A stretch of 64,000 nt of DNA. Source: Schmidtea polychroa (taxonomy: Eukaryota). The stretch lies in NCBI GenBank assembly GCA_044892525.1, contig CM097886.1:49848001-49912000 (forward strand), read 5' to 3'. Of this stretch, positions 50,601-60,069 are shown piece after piece (within the stretch, counting starts at the first letter, position 1; every line of letters begins with the position of its first letter). The notes under the pieces were generated by a model. It did not search any database. It had not been told where the DNA came from and saw nothing but the letters and a program-made list of their open reading frames with translations. The position numbers and the translations under genes are program-made.

Positions 50601-53600
50601 AAAATGTTGTAAAAATTCTTTTACTATAACGTCACTGCTAAGTTTCTTTTCAAAAGATAATAATGTGAAATTCCGCCGTCGTTTTTCGATATGGAGTGTC
50701 TGAACGATGTTAAAATCCGTAAAGTTGATGAGAATCTAATTTCACATACGCTGTGGAGAAGGGAATCCTTAGAGAACGTTGATCTAACATTAACTTGGTT
50801 GCCATTTTTGTTGAAGCGGTTATTAATTTCTTCGAGTACTACATCAATTAATTAGTACGTAGGATAGCTCTCACGAGCTAATTTTGGTGAATTGTTTTCA
50901 TCGGACACATGGCCAGTGATATAATGTAGTCTCTATTTGGTTTGAAAGGCTTAGATGAATTGAAACAGAAATCATCACAGTCACTAGCGTTTTCCCAAAT
51001 CCAGTTAAATCGTTCATCACAACGGGATGTTTTTACCAACTTTGTCTTGAAGATATCACTGAACACTGCCTTTGTCGCCAGATATTACATGAACTCTATC
51101 ATAACCCTAGTTGTACTAAGTTCACGAGACGTTCCTCAGGCTCACTGACTCAATGATTTTTTCCTCAACAATACTGTACAACAAGAAAATTATCTCGTTC
51201 TAAATATCAGGTTACTTGTATTTTGGATTTCCAGGAATTGTTGATATTGCTTTTTTAAGTCGATCTGTCGATGAGTAAATTACCATAAATATTGAAATGT
51301 GTCATTATAAATATACAATAATATAAACGTACATTGAACAATTGAGCGTTCGGTTTCTGTTTCCCATTTTTGTTCACTTTTTATATATTTCTCTTAAAAT
51401 TTTTGAAAATAATACTTTGTAGAAAGGTGCTAGAGAAATGAATACCTCAATTTTAGTTCCTAATGATCATTATCAGTTCAATATTCCATTCAACGCTACA
51501 GTGGAAGATGTAATCAGGATCATTTCTGAAACCCTAGACATCACATCAAAACTGGAAATTACAGAATATTCACTAATTATTTTCGAAATGACAAAATCCG
51601 GCCCAGCAAAAACTGCTACGAATTATTTATTATTTAATAACTTCTTTTTTGACGAGATTAGCCCATTATTAAAACAAAAGAATACGAATTTATCCATAAA
51701 ATTTTTACGGACGTCCTGGGTTTCTCCTTTGAATTTGGATTATAGAACTCAGAATTTTGTCAGTTTTCATTTCAATCAATTATCAAAGGGTATTCTTGAT
51801 GAGGATTGGGTAAGTCGGTTAACCTTTTTTAGATTTCAATGTTTTAAATGTCATCCATTGCAGTTGGTTCCTTTGAAGAATCAGTCTTCAGATGCAGTTG
51901 AATTATCAACAATTTCAAAAATTGCATATTACAACTTGAAGGGTCAAGGACTGAGTAAACTGAAAAACGATGACAGTTTGAAATCACTTTTACCCGGTAA
52001 ACTGTTGGACCAGAAAAAGAAGACCATTTCCAAAAAGAGCATAATGAAAAATATAAAGTCAGAATCTGAAGAGAAACAGGCTCTTGGAATAAATGAATTT
52101 CAAAAATTGTTTTTGGGTAATTTTTTGTCATGGATTTTTCGAAAAAAATAGGACATGTGAACCTGTTATTTAAATTATCTATTTCACATTATGTTTATTA
52201 CAAAATTGACTATAATATCAATTTAAAATGAAAAGAAATCATAGGTGAAAATCAAAAGAAGTTTTTATAATATTAAATTATTTAAATTATTTAAATATAA
52301 TATTTTTAAAAATTTATTTAAATACAATAACGGATTTATTAAATTTGAAATATTGTAAATTTAGACATTAATAAAAAAATAATAAGATTATAGTAATAAT
52401 ATAAGAACTTTTTCCAATTTTCATTTCTGATTTCTTTTCAATTGACATTATATTAATTAAAATGCTTGACTATGAATCAGTAAAGATATCGATGTTTAAT
52501 ATTTATAGTCAAAGTTTTTTAATAAAAACAAGATTATAATAAGTTTATTAAAATATTAAAAAAAATTTATTGGTTTTATTAAAATTAATTTTTAATTTTC
52601 ACATTTTTAAATTCACAAATATTAAAAATTAAAAAAAATTATAATAATTAAATACATTTTTTAAGCTTTTCTAAAAAATAAATTATGATATAGCTAATAA
52701 GTTTGATTCGAAAATAAATAGTATAAATTTTATTAAATATATAGTATCTAGTAAAATTGCAAGTCCGATTTACGTATAAGCAAAATAAGTGTTGTTTAAA
52801 GGCCCCTACCCACTGCGGCCAGGGAAAATCTCATAATTTCCTACGAACAGATGTTTCCATTAGGTTTACCTAATATTATTATCTAAGTTTATTAACAAAT
52901 TAAACCGAAATAATTAAAGCCATTGATTTAACGAATGTGTTTTTGAATGTTTTTAAAGTATTACTTGGTGAGATTTGATTATTCGACAATGAAAAGTTAA
53001 GTTTCAGATAGCATTGAAATAAATATATCATTCAAAAATAATTTCCATAAATAAATACATGTTTTGTGAATTTCTTAAATCTTAACCCAAATTTCTCAAC
53101 ACAAAATTTAAAAAATTTATTTCTTTAACCTGTTTACTGATTTTTTAAAGCTTAATTTTGTGTGCTTAATTAATTTCATACGACGATGAGTATTTGCGAT
53201 ATTAGTAGATTAAGTTCGCATGCTCAATATATTCAAATTTAAATTTAATAGAATTTTTTTTCGCATGACATATATACTCAACATTATACAAAAAATAATA
53301 TTTTCAAAATAAATTCAGCTACGTGATATGAACAGTTAACTGGTTGAAATAATAAAAGTAATCGAATAGAAGAGTTTAAGTAATAATCCAATAGACAAAA
53401 TAGTGGATAAACTTTAGAAAAATGTCAATATGTCATCTATGTTTGCTAGTCGTTGTTAGGTGGTAGGCAGTGGTAGAACGTTAAAATTTGAACCTCAAAA
53501 AAAATTTATTTTCAACCTATAAATGTTATCTATTTAACAAAAAAAGTTACACATATTAGAAATTTATGAGAGTTTACTTTACAAACTTAGTTTATAAAAT

Positions 53601-55248
53601 TAAATAGGTAACAAATAGATATAATAATAGAAGATATAATAATTTGCTTTTATTTGACTAAAGATGGCAGTTATGTAGCTAAAACTGATAATAGACACAA
53701 ATACAGAATCCTTGAGTGATCGAGTATCATCATTTTTTTCAATTTACCATTGTTGTATTACATGTATGAGAATATAAATTATAAAACCCGACAATGATTT
53801 TATAGTGACTATATTACATAGGAAGGCTTTCACTTAATTTGATAAAATAATGGTTTCCAGAGAGGATGGAACGTAGTATGAATTTTGTATCAGGGTGTCA
53901 AACACCTTAGCTATGTCATTGCTTTCAATAGATGCTAATGTTATAGGTAAATAATTTCTATTAACTGCATTTGTGTAAATATTTCTCTGCCAGGAGCTCG
54001 GGGGGGGGGGAGGTTGGGGGAGTGAGTGGACAAACGCCAAAGAGACTTGATGAGGTCATTTCAACATTAATTTATTACCTACCATGGAACTCGTTTTAAT
54101 TTTATTTATTGCAAAGATATGTTTTTCAATTCAATAAATTTATTCTTTTATTTTTGAATTTTACATTTTATTGCAATTTAAGAATATTGTGAAAAGTTGC
54201 CTCGATTTGGATTGATAAAATGTCAAATTACTGATGTCAAACCTCTTACAAAGCCTGGACAATATTTTATCGTTTTCAGTTCCAATTCCATTTCATTAGT
54301 GGAAAACGAATCTCAAGAACATATTATGGACTTTATGATTTCAGAATTTCGTTCATTTCAAGTTTCCATTGAAAATTCTACAAAATTCCATTTTATCCTG
54401 CGATATAGAAATGAAGAAGAAATTCAANNNNNNNNNNNNNNNNNNNNNNNNNNNNNNNNNNNNNNNNNNNNNNNNNNNNNNNNNNNNNNNNNNNNNNNNN
54501 NNNNNNNNNNNNNNNNNNNNNNNNNNNNNNNNNNNNNNNNNNNNNNNNNNNNNNNNNNNNNNNNNNNNNNNNNNNNNNNNNNNNNNNNNNNNNNNNNNNN
54601 NNNNNNNNNNNNNNNNNNNNNNNNNNNNNNNNNNNNNNNNNNNNNNNNNNNNNNNNNNNNNNNNNNNNNNNNNNNNAATATTATAATAAATATTATAAGC
54701 AAGCAGCTAGGGAATTTAAACTATATGGTTGTGTCAAATTCATATAAAGTACGCAATGTGTTTATTAATAAGTCTAAAACTCCTATTCTGATTTCGGTTA
54801 TCAGTTTACATGTAATGAATGTCATGCCACATACATTGGAAAGACTTCCCGTCATCTAATGTATTCAAGCTCGAGAACATTATTGACCGAACTCATTGAC
54901 TAATATTAGCGAGTAAGAGTAAAATATGTAAGTCTGATTTTAAAATTTCATTAAAAAATTTCGATAATTATTGGGAACTTGTAATTTGTGAAGAGTTATT
55001 GATAAAGTCATCAGATCCGAAAACTAACATTCAAAATGAAGTGNNNNNNNNNNNNNNNNNNNNNNNNNNNNNNNNNNNNNNNNNNNNNNNNNNNNNNNNN
55101 NNNNNNNNNNNNNNNNNNNNNNNNNNNNNNNNNNNNNNNNNNNNNNNNNNNNNNNNNNNNNNNNNNNNNNNNNNNNTAGGGGGAGAAATTAAAAGTTCTT
55201 CTCATTCAATATGAAATGATAAAGAGGCTACGATTGATAGAAAAATGA
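7112..55248 (+). CDS. MYO15: Unconventional myosin class XV-like (motor, 3 IQ, MyTH4, FERM-like/Pro-rich, degenerate SH3, MyTH4, FERM); 45 exons
   Basis: Manual splicing with GT-AG at every visible junction and consistent phase through exon 43 into exon 44: 7112-7173, 13662-13725, 13774-13883, 17022-17096, 17141-17371, 17428-17491, 17548-17661, 19288-19449, 19500-19601, 21557-21793, 23650-23877, 23925-24053, 24100-24305, 25252-25725, 30475-30559, 30608-30694, 30740-30866, 33344-33498, 35485-35583, 36158-36232, 36282-36472, 36522-36694, 36740-36812, 36857-37030, 37085-37174, 38367-38592, 38687-39411, 42090-42132, 44288-44392, 46451-46577, 47255-47697, 47748-47883, 48071-48189, 48248-48484, 48536-48592, 48698-48999, 49043-49158, 49775-49851, 49895-49977, 50028-50152, 50200-50294, 51423-51809, 51864-52116, 54183-(>=54427, end in gap), 55180-55248 (last exon tentative). 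Tail motifs [39 protein letters not shown] and ELYFSRFY resemble myosin XV/Sisyphus as recalled; no alignment was run. Confidence 0.87.
9394..9531. repeat. Foldback palindrome, family A
   Basis: Roughly 55-bp imperfect inverted arms (caattaaatgataatataag...). Same family as 42389-42542. Confidence 0.75.
10351..10483. mobile_element. Tigger-like MITE
   Basis: Degenerate TIRs TAGTGACACCTCGCTATACGTTC / GAACATATACCGAAGTACCACTC, flanked by TA. Confidence 0.55.
12215..13210 (-). mobile_element. Penelope-like retroelement 3' fragment (GIY-YIG and tail)
   Basis: ORF 12732-13358 contains [30 protein letters not shown] and is homologous to the copy at 1.5-2.5 kb. Confidence 0.88.
14461..14883 (-). 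mobile_element. Non-autonomous Helitron-like element
   Basis: On the - strand it reads A|TCATATGTATATAT ... CTAG|T, with a (CAGT)n microsatellite near the 5' end. The 3' hairpin is weak. Confidence 0.5.
15326..16112 (-). mobile_element. Ty3/Gypsy pol fragment (RT and start of RNase H-like region), no LTRs
   Basis: [45 protein letters not shown] and [18 protein letters not shown]; 227-aa open frame. Confidence 0.93.
16400..16683 (-). mobile_element. hAT (Charlie/Buster-type) terminal fragment
   Basis: The reverse complement begins CAGTGGTGGCCAAC followed by CGATCGACCGGTCGATCG subterminal motifs. The other end is not found. Confidence 0.6.
18120..18317. repeat. Foldback MITE, family B
   Basis: Near-perfect inverted arms of about 60 bp plus outer arms ttgaatttattaaaagagagtgt. 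Related shorter copies lie at about 7810-7880, 20086-20122 and 52455-52520. Confidence 0.8.
18600..19240 (-). mobile_element. Degenerate Mutator (MULE) transposase remnant
   Basis: [20 protein letters not shown]...FYQL and [13 protein letters not shown]...HPNMWR resemble the CxFH..RK and RTNNxxEGWH..HPNIW motifs. The frame is broken. Confidence 0.7.
20281..20540 (+). mobile_element. Short hammerhead-bearing element (Penelope pLTR/retrozyme-like), copy 1
   Basis: About 250 nt closely matching 49475-49740. It contains the hammerhead and is followed by a long (TAA)n run. Confidence 0.7.
20458..20499 (+). ncRNA. Minimal type I hammerhead ribozyme motif (copy 1)
   Basis: ATAGTA-CTGATGA-GAGC CAAAA GCTC-GAAAC TA GTC-TACTAT. 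Stem I is ATAGTA/TACTAT, the CUGAUGA and GAAA cores are intact, stem II is GAGC/GCTC, and stem III is the palindrome ACTAGT. Predicted cleavage is after C20493. Confidence 0.88.
22715..22790 (+). mobile_element. hAT-like left terminus
   Basis: CAGGGCCGTAACAAGG followed by GCACAGGGCGC. No matching right end or TSD is found. Confidence 0.4.
24575..24624 (-). mobile_element. TAGGGTTGC-type DNA transposon end
   Basis: The reverse complement reads TAGGGTTGCTACCTCTCCGGG with CCCGG repeats. A related end lies at 45450-45547. Confidence 0.4.
26408..29910 (+). mobile_element. hAT element with disrupted ZMYM1-like/DUF4371 transposase
   Basis: Perfect 8-bp TSD ACCTTGAG. ORF pieces include [56 protein letters not shown] and [11 protein letters not shown]. 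Confidence 0.95.
27407..28218. mobile_element. Solo LTR inserted in the hAT transposase
   Basis: TG...CA termini (TGTAATG / AATAACA) and a 5-bp TSD GTATA. Removing it restores EEFI-GILGSKV in frame. It carries internal TATCCGAAAC-type repeats. Confidence 0.85.
30475..37174 (+). CDS. MYO15: Third IQ motif and first MyTH4 domain with following segment (exons 15-25)
   Basis: [15 protein letters not shown]; [15 protein letters not shown]; ILRIM; [10 protein letters not shown]; [12 protein letters not shown]; KFVSD; KGWSVSV; [14 protein letters not shown]. Phases are consistent. Confidence 0.88.
31150..31560 (-). mobile_element. Degenerate mariner transposase N-terminal remnant
   Basis: [36 protein letters not shown] is HTH-like, followed by YVPRLLT. 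Confidence 0.6.
35797..36026. mobile_element. piggyBac-like MITE
   Basis: TTAA|ACCTTTTGCGAC ... GTCGCGAAAGGG|TTGA, a degenerate TTAA TSD. Confidence 0.5.
38367..48999 (+). CDS. MYO15: Myosin tail: Gln/His/Pro-rich low-complexity region, FERM-like subdomains and degenerate SH3 (exons 26-36)
   Basis: ORFs 38681-39415, 47188-47787 and 48251-48535 splice in phase. The region contains a poly-Pro run and the segments PWTCMLKRE|IYLPNE and ISHSGVRFV. Confidence 0.82.
38598..38680. repeat. (TAT)n microsatellite; similar runs at about 20543-20609, 24933-24992, 25137-25204 and 56440-56525; (AT)n at 23100-23150
   Basis: Direct reading. These runs explain the poly-Y, poly-I and poly-L ORFs in the track. 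Confidence 0.97.
39900..40048. mobile_element. Short TIR element with GACGATTCATCC subrepeats (superfamily uncertain)
   Basis: 31-bp inverted repeats with 2 mismatches. The TSD is not resolved. Confidence 0.65.
42389..42542. repeat. Foldback palindrome, family A
   Basis: Roughly 70-bp arms with about 4 differences around a 15-nt loop. Confidence 0.85.
43224..44010 (+). mobile_element. Non-autonomous Helitron-like element
   Basis: The 3' end has a GCGAAGC-centred hairpin (CTCGGGCGAAGCCGGG) about 12 nt before CTAG|T. The 5' end A|TCTATCC is tentative. Confidence 0.6.
44946..45150 (+). mobile_element. mariner 5' fragment
   Basis: TA|CGAGGGTTGCTATTT terminus and a transposase start MELTRENFR at 45121, then truncated. 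Confidence 0.7.
46620..46855. mobile_element. Stowaway-like MITE (Tc1/mariner)
   Basis: Perfect 26-bp TIRs CTCCCTCTGTCCAAAAATGATAGTCC with a TA TSD; 236 bp long. Confidence 0.92.
49043..55248 (+). CDS. MYO15: Second MyTH4 domain and C-terminal FERM domain (exons 37-45)
   Basis: [11 protein letters not shown]; [17 protein letters not shown]; FGPRK; [11 protein letters not shown]; FQKLFL|[10 protein letters not shown]. The tentative last exon reads [22 protein letters not shown]. Confidence 0.82.
49475..49740 (+). mobile_element. Short hammerhead-bearing element (Penelope pLTR/retrozyme-like), copy 2
   Basis: Second copy of the same element, with (TTA/TAT)n runs close to both sides. Confidence 0.7.
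49656..49697 (+). ncRNA. Minimal type I hammerhead ribozyme motif (copy 2)
   Basis: Identical 42-nt motif to copy 1. Predicted cleavage is after C49691. Confidence 0.88.
50450..51250 (-). mobile_element. Highly degenerate hAT transposase remnant
   Basis: [13 protein letters not shown] and [15 protein letters not shown]-like segments in broken frames. Confidence 0.45.
54690..55043 (+). mobile_element. Penelope-like GIY-YIG remnant in the last myosin intron
   Basis: [20 protein letters not shown] and [18 protein letters not shown]. Confidence 0.8.
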
Positions 55249-55832
55249 AGATCCAGCCTCTTAATTCATATATCAACATATTTAATAAATATTATATATC
55301 TGTAACTTTATTTTGTGCTTTTCTGTTGAAAGTGGATTACCAAAAATTTTATTGAAAACTCTTTCTGAAAAGACTCTTTGTTTTGTTTTTTATATCAGCA
55401 AATTCAAATTTTCTTTCGAAATAAATTATAGGGAAACTTATTTTCATGTCTTATCGGTTTTTCATGCTTATAGTGAGTCGTTACAAACATTAATTTCTGG
55501 GAGAACAACGTTCTTACAAACTACCTTAAATTTTTATTCCATGTATATTCACCATGGTCAAAGTAAGTAAAAAGTAAGAATTATCATAGATATATTTTAT
55601 ATCGGTGATTATTCCTACTTTTATGATAATATCGTGATAAGTATTGAACTAACTCATTACAGTATCTGACTTTTTGAAAGTACATTTGCAGTAAATTACC
55701 ATAAAATTTTAAAAATAAATTAGGAAAAATTGAAAAATTAATCAAATGTCTTCCTGTGATAAATACAAATATTTCACAAATATATTTCAAATCATTTAAA
55801 TTCGGAATAGAATGTATGTTTCATTTCCTTCA

Positions 55833-56472
55833 TTATCCAGCTCGTTCTAAAAGTTGGAGTAAGCGGCGCCTCCTGTAAATCATATTTGCTTTGATAGGAG
55901 TGCACGTTCCTCCCAAGGCGATGGGATTACAAGTTAAACGTTTCCTGAAAAATAAATTGTTATTATTAATAGTTGCAAGAAAATATTTTTTGATATTCTA
56001 AACCATGGTTCTTCAATCTCAATTCCACCAAACCTTTAGCTTCCTTGAAACATCTAAGGGGTTCTCGGAATTATTTATGGGGAAAGAGTTCATTCAATAA
56101 AGACTGATATTTTTGAAAATTTGACTTAATATAGAGAATACTTTTTTCTTAATAAGTAACCGTGGATTCTTTATGAATTTCCGTTGAAAAAGCATGCCTA
56201 ACACTTGAGACATTAGGAGACCTAAACTTAATTTTAAAAATAAAGGTTCCGTAAATAAGTTCATAAGTTAAAAAGGTTCCAGTGGCCTGTAATAGTCTAA
56301 TGACCTTGTTTTAAACCATCGAAATGATGTATTACATGCATGCAAAAAACAATATTTGTATAATCGTCAGATTCGATTGTTTGGATACTTGATAGGGATT
56401 GAGAATCATAATATATCTATAAATAATATTAATAATAATAACTATTAATATTATTATTATTATTATTATTAA

Positions 56473-56526
<54 letters not shown>

Positions 56527-56852
56527 CATTAAATCAAAGACATTTACTTCAAAACTTGATTAGTTAATTTTGTTTGAATTAATTGAGGATTTTCTTCCAA
56601 TATCTTTTGAACTAAAATAAATCTAGAGAGAATTATTAATTATTAACAAATGAATTAAAATCTCAAATTATTGTGAAATTAATATTACAAATATAGGATT
56701 TACCTTTGCGTGATGTCAATATTATTCCAAAAAGCTTGGATATTGGCCATGATTTTAGCTTCATTTTCCAACTTTTCAATCTCATTTCCATCACAATGAG
56801 CAAAGTCAACGAAAAGAACAATTGCAATTGCTAGATAGATGAAATATTTCAT
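55833..56852 (-). CDS. Small secreted prepropeptide (neuropeptide/hormone-like precursor, 86 aa, 2 exons)
   Basis: Exon 1 56852-56704 encodes MKYFIYLAIAIVLFVDFAHCDGNEIEKLENEAKIMANIQAFWNNIDITQ plus AG, followed by gtaaat. Exon 2 55944-55833 follows ttttcag and completes R then KRLTCNPIALGGTCTPIKANMIYRRRRLLQLLERAG*. The phase 2 junction matches. It has a hydrophobic signal peptide, RKR and RRRR sites, two Cys and a terminal Gly. Confidence 0.8.
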
Positions 56853-58134
56853 TGTTAATTCTTTTCAGCTTTTTTAGTTAGAAATTACCCGTTTTATATG
56901 AAATGATTTATTTACCCTTCTAATCTTTTTCAATTATTATCAACGATTCGTGACGATTTTTATTTCTTTATATCTATTTATTTTCATAATTTTCAGAATA
57001 TTAGAAATATTTCATTAGTTAATATTTAATTTAGATAATAATNNNNNNNNNNNNNNNNNNNNNNNNNNNNNNNNNNNNNNNNNNNNNNNNNNNNNNNNNN
57101 NNNNNNNNNNNNNNNNNNNNNNNNNNNNNNNNNNNNNNNNNNNNNNNNNNNNNNNNNNNNNNNNNNNNNNNNNNNNNNNNNNNNNNNNNNNNNNNNNNNN
57201 NNNNNNNNNNNNNNNNNNNNNNNNNNNNNNNNNNNNNNNNNNNNNNNNNNNNNNNNNNNNNNNNNNNNNNNNNNNNNNNNNNNNNNNNNNNNNNNNNNNN
57301 NNNNNNNNNNNNNNNNNNNNNNNNNNNNNNNNNNNNNNNNNNNNNNNNNNNNNNNNNNNNNNNNNNNNNNNNNNNNNNNNNNNNNNNNNNNNNNNTTTAT
57401 AGTCTTCAAACTCTTTTTTATAAATTCAATGGGAAAAAAATCAGCGGTGAAATTGGAAAAAAAGTTCTTATAATAATAATACTAATAATAAGAAGAAGAA
57501 GAAGAGGAAGAATATACAGCCTACCTTTAAGAATGTTTATAAATCCGCGTCAGACTCGAAGCATGTTGTTTATTGATATTGAAATGTTCTTGATGAATGG
57601 CACATTGAATCTCATAAAGGTTTCATAATACCCGATTTAAAGAATGCTTGAGACGTATTGTAGATTTTTTTTAAATTTTTTTTTAGTTTTGTTCTTAAAA
57701 TTTATTGTCTCTTACAAACATTTTCCTTTTGCAATTTTTTTTTGCAATTTTTTTGCATACTATTTTTCTCGGTTAAATATTAGTTGATAGAATTGTTGAA
57801 TTATTTGTTTGATCATTATTGATGAAAACCTATATTATACTATTATGATTTGTTTCATTGGAAGAATATAACTCAAAAATCTTTAATTCAAAGTTTTCTA
57901 TTTAATCTGATAAATAAAATGTCAAAATATTAATTCCTAACAAAGGTTAACTAAAAAATGTATCCGTTTTGGATGCGTTATTCATTCTCCAGATAATCAT
58001 AATCGTATTAATGCCCATCATATATTTTCCGAGAAGTTTTTGGAGAGACTTATTGATGCATTTTCCTTAATGAATTTTACAAAACAATAATTTTAAGAGA
58101 AACTAATTTTGTTTTAATCTGCCAAGTTCGGTAC

Positions 58135-58270
58135 AACAATATCATTTCCTTATAGTTTTAACTTTTGGTATGTCGTTCAATGAAGTTATGAAGTCAATCT
58201 CTCGTCCCTGTGGATGTTTATAGTCATGAACCAGTAGCTTCTCATGACCAACTTTATATTATTTTATGAG
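58135..58270 (+). mobile_element. Helitron/PIF1 helicase C-terminal remnant
   Basis: SQSLVPVDVYSHEPVASHDQLYIIL resembles SQGQSL...PVFSHGQLYVAL. Confidence 0.5.
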
Positions 58271-58653
58271 AAAATTCAAAAACATACATAAAAGATTTTT
58301 AAGTGAATTTAAATATCCTGTTTATGACACTGTAAAATGTTATTTTGATCTATTATTTTTGAAGATCATTAAGGATTTCGGAAGTTTTAAATAATCAAAG
58401 TCGTTGTGTAGGAATCCTATAAAAATCACTTTAAAATAACACTCTAAAATATATTTAGTTCAACTAATGAAAATGTGAAATATAAATACGGTTCACAAAA
58501 TTTCTATAATAAATCATACACACTATAGGATATTGATTTAGCTTACGGATATTTAATAAGCCAAAAAGTTTCAATTTTTAAACAATTAATTATAAAAAAA
58601 TATAGAGGATATGTCAGAAGCTTCATCAGAATCGACTGATCCATTTCAAGAAA

Positions 58654-59030
58654 TTCATAGATGAATGCTCTTTCAATACATGGACGTACAAGAGACTCGG
58701 TAGATCACGAGTAGGCAGTCGAATTTATAGCCATATCTCAACAAATCGAGGTCCCGATATTTGCCTAGTTTTGGCAATATCCAAAGATGAGAAAATCCAT
58801 TCACAAATTATTATCACCCACTTTTTTAAAAAGGAATCATATCAGTCATTTATAACCGAATTGACTGTGAAGCGATGGCTCTGGATTCATTTTCATCCAC
58901 GATAATGGATCTATCCACAACAATATATCTTCATTGAATAACCAAATTGAAAAGTTACCTCCATATAGCCCATTTTTGAACGCCATCGAAAGTGTGTTCC
59001 ACAAAATTAAAAATGGTGTAAGGACTAAAG
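58654..59030 (+). mobile_element. IS630/Tc1-like DDE transposase remnant
   Basis: FIDECSFN, FIHDNGSIH and LPPYSPFLNAIESVFHKIK, frameshifted. Confidence 0.82.
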
Positions 59031-60069
59031 TTTCTTCGGCTGATGGATTTAGCAGACAGATTTACCTTCAATGACAGATTTACTGCAATATCCCAAGCAG
59101 TTAACGAGGAACTTCGAAAACTGATTATAGTTATTTGAAAGACAATATAATCATTTGAATAATCATATTAAAAGATCCTTCCCTAAATGCTTGAAGAAAC
59201 AAGATATTTTAGTTGAACTATGAAATATTTGATGTATATTTAAATAAATAAATAAATATCTTACTTCTTTTTTCATTATTTTAACATAAAAACTTAAATT
59301 ATAACTAAAACCAAAACAAAGCTCAATTGACATTTCTAGATCAATGTCTTATTAATGACTATCAAATGCGCTCTGGTGTATTATAGGAACACACAAACTT
59401 ACCTGTGTGTAAAAATTTAATGTTCCGAAAGTTAAAAGTTTTTATATAGGAATTGAGAAAATGACAGAAAAATAATTTTACATACAAACACATTACACAT
59501 AATATAAAGTACATGCAAATTTTTTAATGCTTTTTTTATTCCGAAAGTTAAAAGTAATTAACATATTATTAACATATCATTATTTTTAATATATTAAAAA
59601 ACACCCGAAGAAAAATTGTTTATAAATAGGATGTACTTTATACGGAAGTTTTACTGTAATTTAAATACTCTTATTATACTTTTTTGAATGAGTACTTTGC
59701 TAAAAATTGGAAAACTCATGAAAAATCTGGTGCAAGTTATGTTTCTTCAGCAGATGTAAGTGTAAACGAAGAACATGGAGAAGTAATTGATAGTGCCATA
59801 GATCCAACACATGATAATGCTAAGATGGCTCTCAACAGACAAAGTACTGTCACGATTGTTTCAATTACAAAATAAAATTCAGGTTTTTGCTGATGATAAC
59901 CCTTTTGAATTGTTCGCAAAGTTTTATGACATTGAATAGCTTCAGCGACTAGCCCATGTGTCAGATATTTCAGAAATAAACTAACTAAATCTAACATTAA
60001 AAGACAGTCCAATAACTATCTTAATGGTGTTTGACAAAATTGAAAGTATAATTAAGAAATTGTAATTTT

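Larger units (their letters stand above)
412..57395. other. 12 N-runs (assembly gaps or masking)
   Basis: 412-613, 733-981, 2483-2677, 4720-4915, 9686-9946, 20123-20263, 21306-21514, 42208-42348, 47927-48062, 54428-54676, 55044-55176 and 57043-57395. Several abut repeat families. Confidence 0.98.

Noticed and set aside
52152-52230. Alternative exon after a 35-nt intron
   Set aside because: The intron would be shorter than any other here and there is no FERM similarity; exon 54183 gives the expected FL..LPxFG continuation.
53834-54050. - strand ORF with PPPPP over a G-tract (possible G-quadruplex)
   Set aside because: The prolines come from a single G homopolymer; no family is recognised and support is too weak.
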